This document shows positions 54,653 to 63,332 of a stretch of 64,000 nucleotides of DNA, one piece after another; the stretch's first letter is position 1, and each line of letters opens with the position of its first letter. The translations under genes were made by a program, and so were the position numbers. The DNA comes from Desulfatiglandales bacterium. Lineage in GTDB: Bacteria > Desulfobacterota > DSM-4660 > Desulfatiglandales > HGW-15. The notes beneath the pieces were generated by a model. That model did no database searches and was not told the origin of the DNA. It saw only the letters and a list, made by a program, of their open reading frames with translations. The stretch lies in the NCBI GenBank assembly GCA_963667015.2, contig CAXXJJ010000001.1, positions 448,001 to 512,000 of the forward strand, written 5' to 3'.

Positions 54653-54779
54653 ACATATCGACACAATAACAGGCGTGCGATGCTCGCCAATAAAGCCATT
54701 TAGAAGATTGAATGTTACGAACCTTTAAAGGCCGATCTGGCAAGATAGTAAGCACGTCGTGTTGAATGATTTGTTAAAG
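54653..54779 (-). other. attC (long class)
   Basis: CTTTAAC...GACGTGC...GCACGCCTGTTATTGTGTC-GATATGT. Confidence 0.75.
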
Positions 54780-55263
54780 TCCGATTTCTTTTTTAATAGT
54801 TTCAACGCAGAATTTATTTAGGCTTTCACCTCTTTTAAGAGCGTTGATTGCGATCTGTTCATGCAATTCTTTGCCGACTCTTAAATTAAATTTCCCTGAG
54901 TATTCCTTATTTGCTGTCGCTGTAGGTAATGGGGCACCGTCATTTTCATAGATCTTAATCCATTCCTCAACAGCCGCACAAAGATCCTTATATACTTTTG
55001 CCTCATCATCGCCGTGAACACCCCCTAACATTAATCCTGGAGCACGACCAATATAGCAATTATCTTCTTCAGACCATTCAACTATTTTTAAGTACTGATT
55101 GGATATTCCGGGTCTGATTTCCCCATGAGTCCGGCCATTGGCCCCAATCGATCCGGTAAAAAGTCCCAACCAATCCGGGGTAGTTCCCATCCAATTATGA
55201 GTCTCTATAATGAGTAAATGCATCAAGATTTGATGTAAATTCATTATAGAGGAGGTCACCTAA

Positions 55264-56796
55264 ATGACCAAATATCGAGAGATCCTTAGACTAAATAGTC
55301 TTGGGATCAACCAAAGCAGTACAGCCAAAGGCTGTGGATGCTCAAGAAAGACAGTACGTAAAGTGCTTAATCGAGCAAAGGAACTACAAATTGAATGGCC
55401 TTTAAAAGCTGAGACCACAGATGTTGAACTGAAGAAGCAACTATTCCGGGAAGAAACCTCCAGAGAACCATCACGTAAACACCCTGATTATGATTACTTA
55501 GCCAGGGAAATGATGCGGAACGGAGTAACCCTAAAGCTTCTGTGGAATGAGTACTGTGAGGAATGTAGACAGAGCAATGAGCTACCCCTCATGTACTCTC
55601 AGTTCTGTTTTCATTATCAGAAGTATTCTGAAAAAAAGCGTGCTACCATGCATATCCCTAGAAAACCGGGGGATCTTACAGAAGTTGACTGGGCAGGAGA
55701 TACAGCCTCTGTTATCGACAGAGATACAGGGGAGATTATCCCTGCATATATCTTTGTAGGAGTTCTTTCCTATAGCCTGTACACTTATGTAGAAGCCTTC
55801 TTCAAACAGGATATGGAAAGCTGGATAACTGCCCATGTTAACATGTATAACTTCTTTGGAGGGACAACACGTATGCTTGTTCCCGACAATCTTAAAGCAG
55901 GGGTTGAACTGAGCGACTGGTATACTCCGGTAATAAACAAAACCTACCGTGAAATGGCCGAACACTATGATACTGCAGTAATTCCCGCACGGGTTAAAAA
56001 GCCCAAAGATAAACCGAATGCTGAAGGCTCTGTAAAGGTGGTATCAGCATGGATTATCGCAGCTCTTCGTAATGAAAAGTTTTTTACTCTGGAAGAGTTG
56101 AACAGGGAAATAAGCTTTAAACTGAACGGGTATAACCGCCGTAGCTTTCAAAAGAAAGAAGGCAGCCGATACAGTTTCTTTGAGGAAGAAAAGCCATTTA
56201 TGGCACCGCTACCTGCTGCCTCCTATGAACTGGCAACCTGGAAACAGGCCACAGTCCAGTTCAATTATCATATATCTGTAGATAAGATGCAATACTCCGT
56301 GCCTTACGAATATATTAAGCAGAAGGTCGATGTGAGGCTAACAAAAAACATTGTAGAGGTGTTTTATCGCAACACCCGAATCTGTTCCCATATGCGTCTA
56401 TATGGGCGTCCTGGCCAGTACAGCAGCATCGAGGCTCATATGCCTGAAGATCATCAGAAATACCTGAAATGGGACAAAAGCCGTTTCATAGCATGGGCAG
56501 AAAAGATAGGTCCAAATACTGTTATTGCTATAAAATCCATACTCAACTCCTATAAGGTTGAACAGCAGGGTTATAAAAGCTGTATGGGGATTTTAAAGCT
56601 TGCAGATAAATACTCCCTGAATCGTCTGGAAGGTGCCTGTAAGAAGGCTTTATTTTATACTCCTCATCCGAGTTATAAGATAATTAAAAACATACTGACT
56701 ACAGGTCAGGACAAGGTTCCGGATAAAAAACAAAAAGAATCTTCAGCCCCGAATGAGCATGGCTTTACCCGCGGCGCCAAATATTACAGGAGGTAA
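55264..56796 (+). CDS. istA: IS21 transposase
   Basis: EVDWAG, VPDNLK, PKDKPNAE (DDE). Confidence 0.95.
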   Translation: MTKYREILRLNSLGINQSSTAKGCGCSRKTVRKVLNRAKELQIEWPLKAETTDVELKKQLFREETSREPSRKHPDYDYLAREMMRNGVTLKLLWNEYCEECRQSNELPLMYSQFCFHYQKYSEKKRATMHIPRKPGDLTEVDWAGDTASVIDRDTGEIIPAYIFVGVLSYSLYTYVEAFFKQDMESWITAHVNMYNFFGGTTRMLVPDNLKAGVELSDWYTPVINKTYREMAEHYDTAVIPARVKKPKDKPNAEGSVKVVSAWIIAALRNEKFFTLEELNREISFKLNGYNRRSFQKKEGSRYSFFEEEKPFMAPLPAASYELATWKQATVQFNYHISVDKMQYSVPYEYIKQKVDVRLTKNIVEVFYRNTRICSHMRLYGRPGQYSSIEAHMPEDHQKYLKWDKSRFIAWAEKIGPNTVIAIKSILNSYKVEQQGYKSCMGILKLADKYSLNRLEGACKKALFYTPHPSYKIIKNILTTGQDKVPDKKQKESSAPNEHGFTRGAKYYRR

Positions 56797-56800
56797 AGCC

Positions 56801-57571
56801 ATGATAAATACAGCAACCATCAACAAGTTGATTGAAATGCGCATGTCAGCCATGGCAAACGCTTTACGTACACAGATGCAGGATAACTCAATGTATGATT
56901 TATCCTTTGAAGAGCGTATCGGAATGCTTGTGGACATTGAATACGACACTCGTAAAACCAACCGTCTGCATAGGTTGATAAGGAATGCTTCCTTTGACCA
57001 GCCTTCAGCCTCTATTGCTGATATAAATTACAGTTCAGGAAGAAAGCTCAATAAAAGTCTTATTAAACGTTTATCTACCTGTAACTACATTACTGATAGG
57101 CACAATGTTATGGTCCTTGGAGCTACCGGTGCAGGAAAGTCCTATATTGCATGTGCATTAGGTATGGAGGCATGCAAACACCACTACACTGTGAAATACA
57201 TCCGCCTCCCGGAATTGCTTGCGGAACTGGCAATAGCCAGAGGTGAAGGGTGCTTCAAGAAGGTCGTTAATCAGTATAAAAAATACAGGCTTTTAATTTT
57301 GGATGAATGGATGCTTGTTTCTTTAATCGAAACTGAGGCAAGGGATCTCCTGGAAATAATCCATGCCCGTCATAAAAATGCATCCACTATTTTTTGTTCT
57401 CAGTTTGCACCTGCTGGCTGGTATAAGAAAATAGCAGAATCAACTTTAGCTGATGCCATCCTTGACCGAATTGTTCACGACTCTTACACCATTGAAATAC
57501 AGTACATTGATAAAGATAACGACAAATCCATGAGGGAAGTTTACGGCATTAACAATAAAAAGAAAAATTAG
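56801..57571 (+). CDS. istB: IS21 helper ATPase
   Basis: GATGAGKS, LILDEW, ADAILDR. Confidence 0.95.
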   Translation: MINTATINKLIEMRMSAMANALRTQMQDNSMYDLSFEERIGMLVDIEYDTRKTNRLHRLIRNASFDQPSASIADINYSSGRKLNKSLIKRLSTCNYITDRHNVMVLGATGAGKSYIACALGMEACKHHYTVKYIRLPELLAELAIARGEGCFKKVVNQYKKYRLLILDEWMLVSLIETEARDLLEIIHARHKNASTIFCSQFAPAGWYKKIAESTLADAILDRIVHDSYTIEIQYIDKDNDKSMREVYGINNKKKN

Positions 57572-57692
57572 AAAAAACCTTTAAACTGGTTCCTCTCCGG
57601 AACCAATGGGACATCCTGTCCGGATTCGTTGGGACCAACTATCCGGACAGGGTGGATTTTTTAACCGGTATATCCATACTGATCACTCTTTT

Positions 57693-57870
57693 TCATTTTT
57701 TAACCCTTTCCAATGCCTTTTTTACATCCTTTTCTTGGTATGGTTTTGCATCGCTATTAAGTTTGCCACTTACTGTGATATTAATACCTTCAGGATGTTT
57801 ATAATTCCGATGACTGCCTTTTCCTCCTCTGTTTATGAATCCGGCAGTTTCTAATCTTTAATTAGTTTCC
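57693..57870 (-). pseudogene. hicA: HicA toxin lacking its start
   Basis: KLIKRLETAGFINRGGKGSHRNYKHP...DAKPYQ; in-frame TGA upstream and no start codon; stop overlaps the hicB ATG. Confidence 0.75.
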
Positions 57871-58002
57871 ATCCATAAACGGCTCTTTTTCACAATCTCT
57901 GCGTCAATCTGCGGAATGACTTTGAAGATTATTATATAGAAAAACTTCGCGAACCTTTGAAGTACGATTTGGCAAGATGATAGCCAGTCGCACTTAATTG
58001 TG

Positions 58003-58425
58003 TTATTTGTTGTTTTTGTCCAAATATTTATTAAAAAGTTTAAAAATTCTCGGTTGCTCATCAAATGTTGCAAAATTAGCGCTGGTATTAATAATGCGTA
58101 CACACTTGCCTTCTAACTCACTAAATGTGTAATCCTTTTCGTCCAGTATAATTAGGCCCATTTTTCTTTTTATTGCTGATATCCTACTTGAATAGCATTC
58201 TTCACTCAGACTGTAATAGTAATAGTGGTCTTCTAAACTAGGTGCTTGTTTTATGCTCTTAATGACTTGAGTTTTATTCACTTTATTATCTGTTTTTTCT
58301 TCCTGATAACTTTGAGTTTGATAACCCCATTTTTCGATTTCTTTCTCTTCGACAAGCTGAGCATTGCCCGCAAAAATCGAGTACGAAGCCAAGAAAATGA
58401 ATAATGTAGATATTATATATTTCAT
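58003..58425 (-). CDS. Secreted hypothetical cassette protein
   Basis: Signal peptide; followed by a half attC. Confidence 0.65.
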   Translation of the reverse strand: MKYIISTLFIFLASYSIFAGNAQLVEEKEIEKWGYQTQSYQEEKTDNKVNKTQVIKSIKQAPSLEDHYYYYSLSEECYSSRISAIKRKMGLIILDEKDYTFSELEGKCVRIINTSANFATFDEQPRIFKLFNKYLDKNNK

Positions 58426-58431
58426 ATTACA

Positions 58432-58564
58432 ATGTAACGAAAAGCATTACAGGCCGTGCGGTGCAAACCAACTTACCATGTTAAATGCTTGAATGTTTAT
58501 AGTTGGCAGACAGTTTAAAAAAGGCGATAAAATAGCACGGTCGTAGTAGATGCAATTGTTATGA
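58432..58564 (-). other. attC (long class)
   Basis: TCATAAC...GACCGTGCTA...TGCACCGCACGGCCTGTAATGC...GTTACAT. Confidence 0.85.
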
Positions 58565-58567
58565 AAA

Positions 58568-58878
58568 TTATAATTCATTTAAGAATAGACACATAATGAA
58601 CAGTATTGGCGGTGTAATAAATACTGCCGCATTACTGAACGCACCATATTTGAACAACTTATTTTTATCAATTTCCGATTTATCGCGCCTAAGCCATAGA
58701 TATATTAATGGAAACAAAAGCCAAGTAATTACAGGTGCCATCAAAGCCAACCAGTTTTCATTAAAATGAAAATAGAATCCCATATGAACATTATTACTCT
58801 TAAATAAAGAAGTAGATATTATAAAACCAATTACAATGAGGACGTATAGCGCTATTATTGTAGATCCGATAGCCGATA
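58568..58878 (-). pseudogene. Membrane protein cassette, probably 5'-truncated
   Basis: The hydrophobic frame (VSAIGSTIIALYVLIVIG...) stays open up to the attC. Confidence 0.5.
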
Positions 58879-58941
58879 CCCGACAAGTTCACAGGCCGGG
58901 CGGCGTTTTATCGCCCGGTCATGTGAAACGCAAGGTTCTGC
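58874..58941 (-). other. attC (short class)
   Basis: GCAGAAC...CACATGACCGGGCG...CGCCCGGCCTGTGAAC...GGTATCG. Confidence 0.8.
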
Positions 58942-58950
58942 ATGATTTAC

Positions 58951-59205
58951 TTAATGTTGTGAGATTAGGGAACGAAGTGCTTTATTTACCGATTCAGAAT
59001 TAGGAAAGTGAAGTTTCAAATCAGGATCAAGCATAACAGCTCCATCCTCTTCTTTAAAATACTGAATCGATTGTGTTCCATCGTCTTTGTTCACAATGAC
59101 TGTATGTCCTTCGCGATAAGACTTATAGTGCTTTCCCCTAACGCCTTTTGAAAAATCATACTCATCACGCATGGTTTTTTTATCTTCTTTATTATTCTTT
59201 TTCAT
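58951..59205 (-). CDS. brnA: BrnA-like antitoxin
   Basis: MRDEYDFSKG.RGK...LDPD...F..SESVNKALR. Confidence 0.7.
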   Translation of the reverse strand: MKKNNKEDKKTMRDEYDFSKGVRGKHYKSYREGHTVIVNKDDGTQSIQYFKEEDGAVMLDPDLKLHFPNSESVNKALRSLISQH

Positions 59206-59470
59206 ATTGCTCTCTCTCGAACCGGTTTGCTTTTCGGCATCCAATAATTCTTATATTGTCATTTCGTTCAGTATACCACACAATCAAAATCCGTCCCTTT
59301 GACGAGATGCCGATATCAATATACTGTTCTTCTAAATCTGAATGATCCGGATCATCAATTGTAATAGCAAAGGGATCGTTAAAAATTGTTTTACCTTCTC
59401 TAAAATCAATCCCATGCTTTTTTAGGTTAAGTTTGGATTTATTCTCATCCCATTCAAATTTTAATGACAT
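59192..59470 (-). CDS. brnT: BrnT toxin
   Basis: FEWDENK...N..KHGIDF...IRIIG.RKA...ER. Confidence 0.9.
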   Translation of the reverse strand: MSLKFEWDENKSKLNLKKHGIDFREGKTIFNDPFAITIDDPDHSDLEEQYIDIGISSKGRILIVWYTERNDNIRIIGCRKANRFEREQYEKE

Positions 59471-59529
59471 TTATTATATCCTATTAACATTTTACCTTCA
59501 ACTACCTTATTTTTAGACAAATTTCAAAT

Positions 59530-59660
59530 CCAGAACGCCAGGTATTACAAGCCGGGCGGATTAATATGAAAAATGTTTGCCAATGTAAATAATGATTTAA
59601 TTGTGCGAAGATCGATCTGGCAAGATGGTAGCCCGGTCTTAGTAGATACCCTTGTTGGGA
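59530..59660 (-). other. attC (long class)
   Basis: TCCCAAC...GACCGGGCTA...CGCCCGGCTTGTAATAC...GTTCTGG. Confidence 0.85.
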
Positions 59661-59662
59661 GC

Positions 59663-59908
59663 CTAATACTCCTCCTCATCATCATATTCATCCTTTTCAT
59701 CATCAGTAATATATTCCCACATTTCATTTTCATGCAAACCGATTGGACTAGCGTTTCTTCTTATAAATTCATCAATAGGTATACCATCAATTGTCGATCG
59801 TTTTACTCTCTTCTGTTTTCCATTTCTGAATATTGTTTCATATTCTTTTTTCCGGCGCTTCTTCTCAGCTTTTTCAGCGTCAGTAAGTTTTCGTTTACGT
59901 TTTGCCAT
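59663..59908 (-). CDS. Small hypothetical cassette protein (basic N-terminus, acidic C-terminus)
   Basis: Bounded by matching GTTGGGA/TCCCAAC boxes. Confidence 0.7.
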   Translation of the reverse strand: MAKRKRKLTDAEKAEKKRRKKEYETIFRNGKQKRVKRSTIDGIPIDEFIRRNASPIGLHENEMWEYITDDEKDEYDDEEEY

Positions 59909-59928
59909 TATGTTTATTCTCTATTCAC

Positions 59929-59993
59929 TCCCAACGCCGATGCTTACCGGCTGGCGGGTTTTTTCGCCAGTCGGGTAGAGCATTTTGTTGTGG
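59929..59993 (-). other. attC (short class)
   Basis: CCACAAC...GCTCTACCCGACTGGCG...CGCCAGCCGGTAAGCA...GTTGGGA. Confidence 0.85.
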
Positions 59994-60004
59994 ATTTTTA
60001 TTGT

Positions 60005-60610
60005 TTAAACTTCCCTAAGTAAAAGTTTTATTTTGCCTGTTACTATTTTTTGTAATGTCTTTGGAAAAAGGATGTGTTCTTGCTTTAAAACTCTTGCTGC
60101 CAGCGTTTCTGCTGTATCCGCCGTTTCGACAGGTACACGAGACTGAGCAATAACAGGACCAGTATCGTAGTTACCATCAACAATATGAATAGATACACCA
60201 CTTTCTTTTTCCCCTGATGCAATTACTGCTTCATGAACATTCATTCCATACATTCCTTTGCCACCATGTTTTGGTAGCAATCCAGGATGGATATTTAATA
60301 TTTTCCCTTTGTAATGCTCTAATGTTTTTGACCCAAGTTTTTTCATGTAACCGGCCAGAACGATTATATCCACTGAGTGTTTGATCATTGTATTTAATAT
60401 GTTGCGGTCTAATTCAATTGGATCAGGATAATGTTTTCCACTTAGATGATAATTAGGGATCCCTTCCTTTATTGCACGTTCTATAGCTCCTGACTTACTA
60501 TTATTGCTGATCACTACAACTGGAGATGCGTTCAAAGAACCAGAGCTACAGGCATCAATTATTGCCTGCATATTACTCCCATTATGTGATGCTAGAAATC
60601 CTATATTCAT
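60005..60610 (-). CDS. purN: Phosphoribosylglycinamide formyltransferase (cassette-borne)
   Basis: ASHNGSN, LAGYMK, NIHPGLLP..GG.G.YG, H.VD..YDTGP. Confidence 0.85.
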   Translation of the reverse strand: MNIGFLASHNGSNMQAIIDACSSGSLNASPVVVISNNSKSGAIERAIKEGIPNYHLSGKHYPDPIELDRNILNTMIKHSVDIIVLAGYMKKLGSKTLEHYKGKILNIHPGLLPKHGGKGMYGMNVHEAVIASGEKESGVSIHIVDGNYDTGPVIAQSRVPVETADTAETLAARVLKQEHILFPKTLQKIVTGKIKLLLREV

Positions 60611-60624
60611 TTTATTATTCCGAT

Positions 60625-60756
60625 CCACAACGTGGTGCATTACAAGCCGGGCGGTGCAAACCAATTTACCTTGTTAAAGACTCGAAGGTTAGTCGTTTGC
60701 AGAGATTAAAAAAAGCGTAAAAAATAGCCCGGTCTTAGTAAATGCAATGGTTCTGT
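60625..60756 (-). other. attC (long class)
   Basis: ACAGAAC...GACCGGGCTA...TGCACCGCCCGGCTTGTAATGC...GTTGTGG. Confidence 0.85.
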
Positions 60757-60762
60757 GATTCC

Positions 60763-60957
60763 CTATTTCTTGGGGCGTTTAAAAATAATTACTATATCAC
60801 GAGTTTCGCCATAGCTTTTGTTTGTATCAAAACCAGTAATTAATTCCCATCCTTCAGAGCCAAGCTGATTCATACTTTCATTGAGTGTAGCTTCATCAAA
60901 CTTTCCACCTAGAAAGCCTTTTGCTGGGAGTTTAATTGTTCTATATTCCCACTGCAT
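60763..60957 (-). CDS. DUF4177-like small protein
   Basis: MQWEY...N.LG.EGWEL...FKRP. Confidence 0.8.
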   Translation of the reverse strand: MQWEYRTIKLPAKGFLGGKFDEATLNESMNQLGSEGWELITGFDTNKSYGETRDIVIIFKRPKK

Positions 60958-60979
60958 ATCTAGTCTCCTTATTATTTAC

Positions 60980-61106
60980 ACAGAACGTTGGCGGTAAGGG
61001 CGGTGCAAACTAACGCGCTTCATTGATTGCTCGAAATTTTGCTAATTGCCAGGGCATTAAAAAAGGCGAAAAAATAGCCCGGTCGCTCTTGACTGCGTTG
61101 TTCGGC
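60980..61106 (-). other. attC (long class, partly degenerate)
   Basis: GCCGAAC...GACCGGGCTA...TGCACCGCCC...GTTCTGT. Confidence 0.75.
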
Positions 61107-61107
61107 T

Positions 61108-61324
61108 TAAACATAAAGCATACTTTGAATAACAATGCTCACAAATTGATAAATAGTGTAATTACAATAAAAATTATGTTTAGCCAATGTTAACTAAAAA
61201 TATCCGCAGCTAGTTTTAAACCAAAAAAAATACCAATACAAAATGAAAATATTATTAATATTCCAAAGAATAATGCATTACGAGAAATATTAAATTTACC
61301 ATTTTTACAGCTCCCCTGATTCAT
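61108..61324 (-). pseudogene. Small membrane-protein cassette with internal stops
   Basis: AAGGAG RBS; MNQGSCK...ALFFGILIIFSFCIGIFFG...stop, hydrophobic sequence continues. Confidence 0.45.
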
Positions 61325-61346
61325 AGTAATTCTCCTTTGTTTATTA

Positions 61347-61476
61347 GCCGAACGGCCCGATAACCTGCCGGGCGGCTTAGTATTATGATATTTGCCAACC
61401 CCAATTGTTACAATGTTGAACTCAACTTCGGTCTGGCAAGAGAGTAGCCCGGTCTGCGTTTATTGGTTTGTTGGGC
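61347..61476 (-). other. attC (long class)
   Basis: GCCCAAC...GACCGGGCTA...CGCCCGGCAGGTTATC...GTTCGGC. Confidence 0.85.
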
Positions 61477-61477
61477 A

Positions 61478-62380
61478 TTAACGACAATAACCATGACGTT
61501 TGTCGAATTCCAACCCGTTTTGAATATCGAAATCTCCATGAAGATAGTATTGTTGCGATTTACCTTCGCCCTTAGATACGAGTTTGCAACCAAGACGTTC
61601 AACCATCGGACTGATATACCCATGATCTTCTAGCCATTCCTTGTAACCTTGAATAGATGGACCACCAATATTGATTACAAACTCCATTCCATAGAGGCAG
61701 AACACGAATAACGTTTCATGGTGTTTTGAAGTAAAAAGAGAGCACCCAAACCCTACCTGAACCCACGCGTTTGTGCCAGGATGTTTCATCAATGTCTTTT
61801 CTGGATAAATACGACGCTGGTAGTATGGCCATTCTGAAAAGTTGTTTCCGTAACGCGCGTAGTTGCGGATATTGTCAAAGAAGATCTCATCTACGACTTC
61901 TTCTGATCCGCTTTCGTTTTGCTCAAATACTTCTGCAATAGTTTCAAGCGCCATCTTGCAAAGAAATCGAGACATCTCCCGTTTTGGTGGGTCCATTTCA
62001 ATTAAGAAAAGAAAACCATTTGGGAGGCCGGCATCAAGTTCGGCTTTCACGTTTTCTGTATTGCGTAGGCATTCTGGCTCAATTTTTAGTTTCCCATCAG
62101 AATTACGACGAAAGCCGACCGAAATATCAGTTCCGCCTATGTGACCCAGAAGGGATGGGATTTTCCCGCGTTTACTTGGGACTTGATGCCATGCTCTGAG
62201 ATTCCTCATTGATGGATGACTAAGCAATGGTTCCTCGACTTTTCGTGCAAAGTAGTTATTGCATTTGTCACATACGACACAGCGAGGCAGTATTCTCTTC
62301 TTGCTGCCTATGGACTCAGGTATGATATGTTCCAAACTCTGAGAAGACGAAGAGTCTTGCTTACAGAAAATACAGCGCAT
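61478..62380 (-). CDS. HNH endonuclease cassette
   Basis: CIFC...EHIIPESIG...VCDKCNNYF. Confidence 0.8.
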   Translation of the reverse strand: MRCIFCKQDSSSSQSLEHIIPESIGSKKRILPRCVVCDKCNNYFARKVEEPLLSHPSMRNLRAWHQVPSKRGKIPSLLGHIGGTDISVGFRRNSDGKLKIEPECLRNTENVKAELDAGLPNGFLFLIEMDPPKREMSRFLCKMALETIAEVFEQNESGSEEVVDEIFFDNIRNYARYGNNFSEWPYYQRRIYPEKTLMKHPGTNAWVQVGFGCSLFTSKHHETLFVFCLYGMEFVINIGGPSIQGYKEWLEDHGYISPMVERLGCKLVSKGEGKSQQYYLHGDFDIQNGLEFDKRHGYCR

Positions 62381-62557
62381 GACTAAACTCCAATGTCTCA
62401 ACTATTGCCCAACGGCCAGCTCACAAGCCACGCCGAGATGCTCAGCAAAAATTGGATATACCGGTTAAAAAATCCACCCTGTCCGGATAGTTGGTCCCAA
62501 CGAATCCGGACAGGATGTCCCATTGGTTCCGGAGAGGAACCAGTTTAAAGGTTTTTT

Positions 62558-63328
62558 CTAATTTTTCTTTTTATTGTTAATGCCGTAAACTTCCCTCATG
62601 GATTTGTCGTTATCTTTATCAATGTACTGTATTTCAATGGTGTAAGAGTCGTGAACAATTCGGTCAAGGATGGCATCAGCTAAAGTTGATTCTGCTATTT
62701 TCTTATACCAGCCAGCAGGTGCAAACTGAGAACAAAAAATAGTGGATGCATTTTTATGACGGGCATGGATTATTTCCAGGAGATCCCTTGCCTCAGTTTC
62801 GATTAAAGAAACAAGCATCCATTCATCCAAAATTAAAAGCCTGTATTTTTTATACTGATTAACAACCTTCTTGAAGCACCCTTCACCTCTGGCTATTGCC
62901 AGTTCCGCAAGCAATTCCGGGAGGCGGATGTATTTCACAGTGTAGTGGTGTTTGCATGCCTCCATACCTAATGCACATGCAATATAGGACTTTCCTGCAC
63001 CGGTAGCTCCAAGGACCATAACATTGTGCCTATCAGTAATGTAGTTACAGGTAGATAAACGTTTAATAAGACTTTTATTGAGCTTTCTTCCTGAACTGTA
63101 ATTTATATCAGCAATAGAGGCTGAAGGCTGGTCAAAGGAAGCATTCCTTATCAACCTATGCAGACGGTTGGTTTTACGAGTGTCGTATTCAATGTCCACA
63201 AGCATTCCGATACGCTCTTCAAAGGATAAATCATACATTGAGTTATCCTGCATCTGTGTACGTAAAGCGTTTGCCATGGCTGACATGCGCATTTCAATCA
63301 ACTTGTTGATGGTTGCTGTATTTATCAT
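62558..63328 (-). CDS. istB: IS21 helper ATPase
   Basis: Same protein as 56801-57571. Confidence 0.95.
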   Translation of the reverse strand: MINTATINKLIEMRMSAMANALRTQMQDNSMYDLSFEERIGMLVDIEYDTRKTNRLHRLIRNASFDQPSASIADINYSSGRKLNKSLIKRLSTCNYITDRHNVMVLGATGAGKSYIACALGMEACKHHYTVKYIRLPELLAELAIARGEGCFKKVVNQYKKYRLLILDEWMLVSLIETEARDLLEIIHARHKNASTIFCSQFAPAGWYKKIAESTLADAILDRIVHDSYTIEIQYIDKDNDKSMREVYGINNKKKN

Positions 63329-63332
63329 GGCT

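Larger units (their letters stand above)
55100..57676 (+). mobile_element. IS21-family element, 2577 bp, 7-bp TSD TACTGAT
   Basis: Ends TGGATATTCCGG / CCGGTATATCCA; TSD at 55093-55099 and 57677-57683. Confidence 0.95.
54774..57696 (-). pseudogene. hicB: HicB antitoxin interrupted near its 5' end by IS21
   Basis: Removing the IS and one TSD restores MKKSDQYLKIVEWSEED...YSGKFNLRV. Confidence 0.85.
53100..62452 (-). mobile_element. Integron-type gene-cassette array (no intI in window)
   Basis: About 12 attC-like imperfect palindromes, each directly after a short co-oriented ORF; complementary cassette end boxes. Confidence 0.88.

Noticed and set aside
57606..58103. ORFs 57606-57854 (+) and 57858-58103 (-)
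   Set aside because: They overlap the IS end, the hicA remnant and a half attC; spurious.
53100..62452. CRISPR array or plain terminators as the explanation for the repeats
   Set aside because: Repeats are 65-133 bp, separated by whole genes, lack T tails and have cassette-matched end boxes; no cas genes are present.
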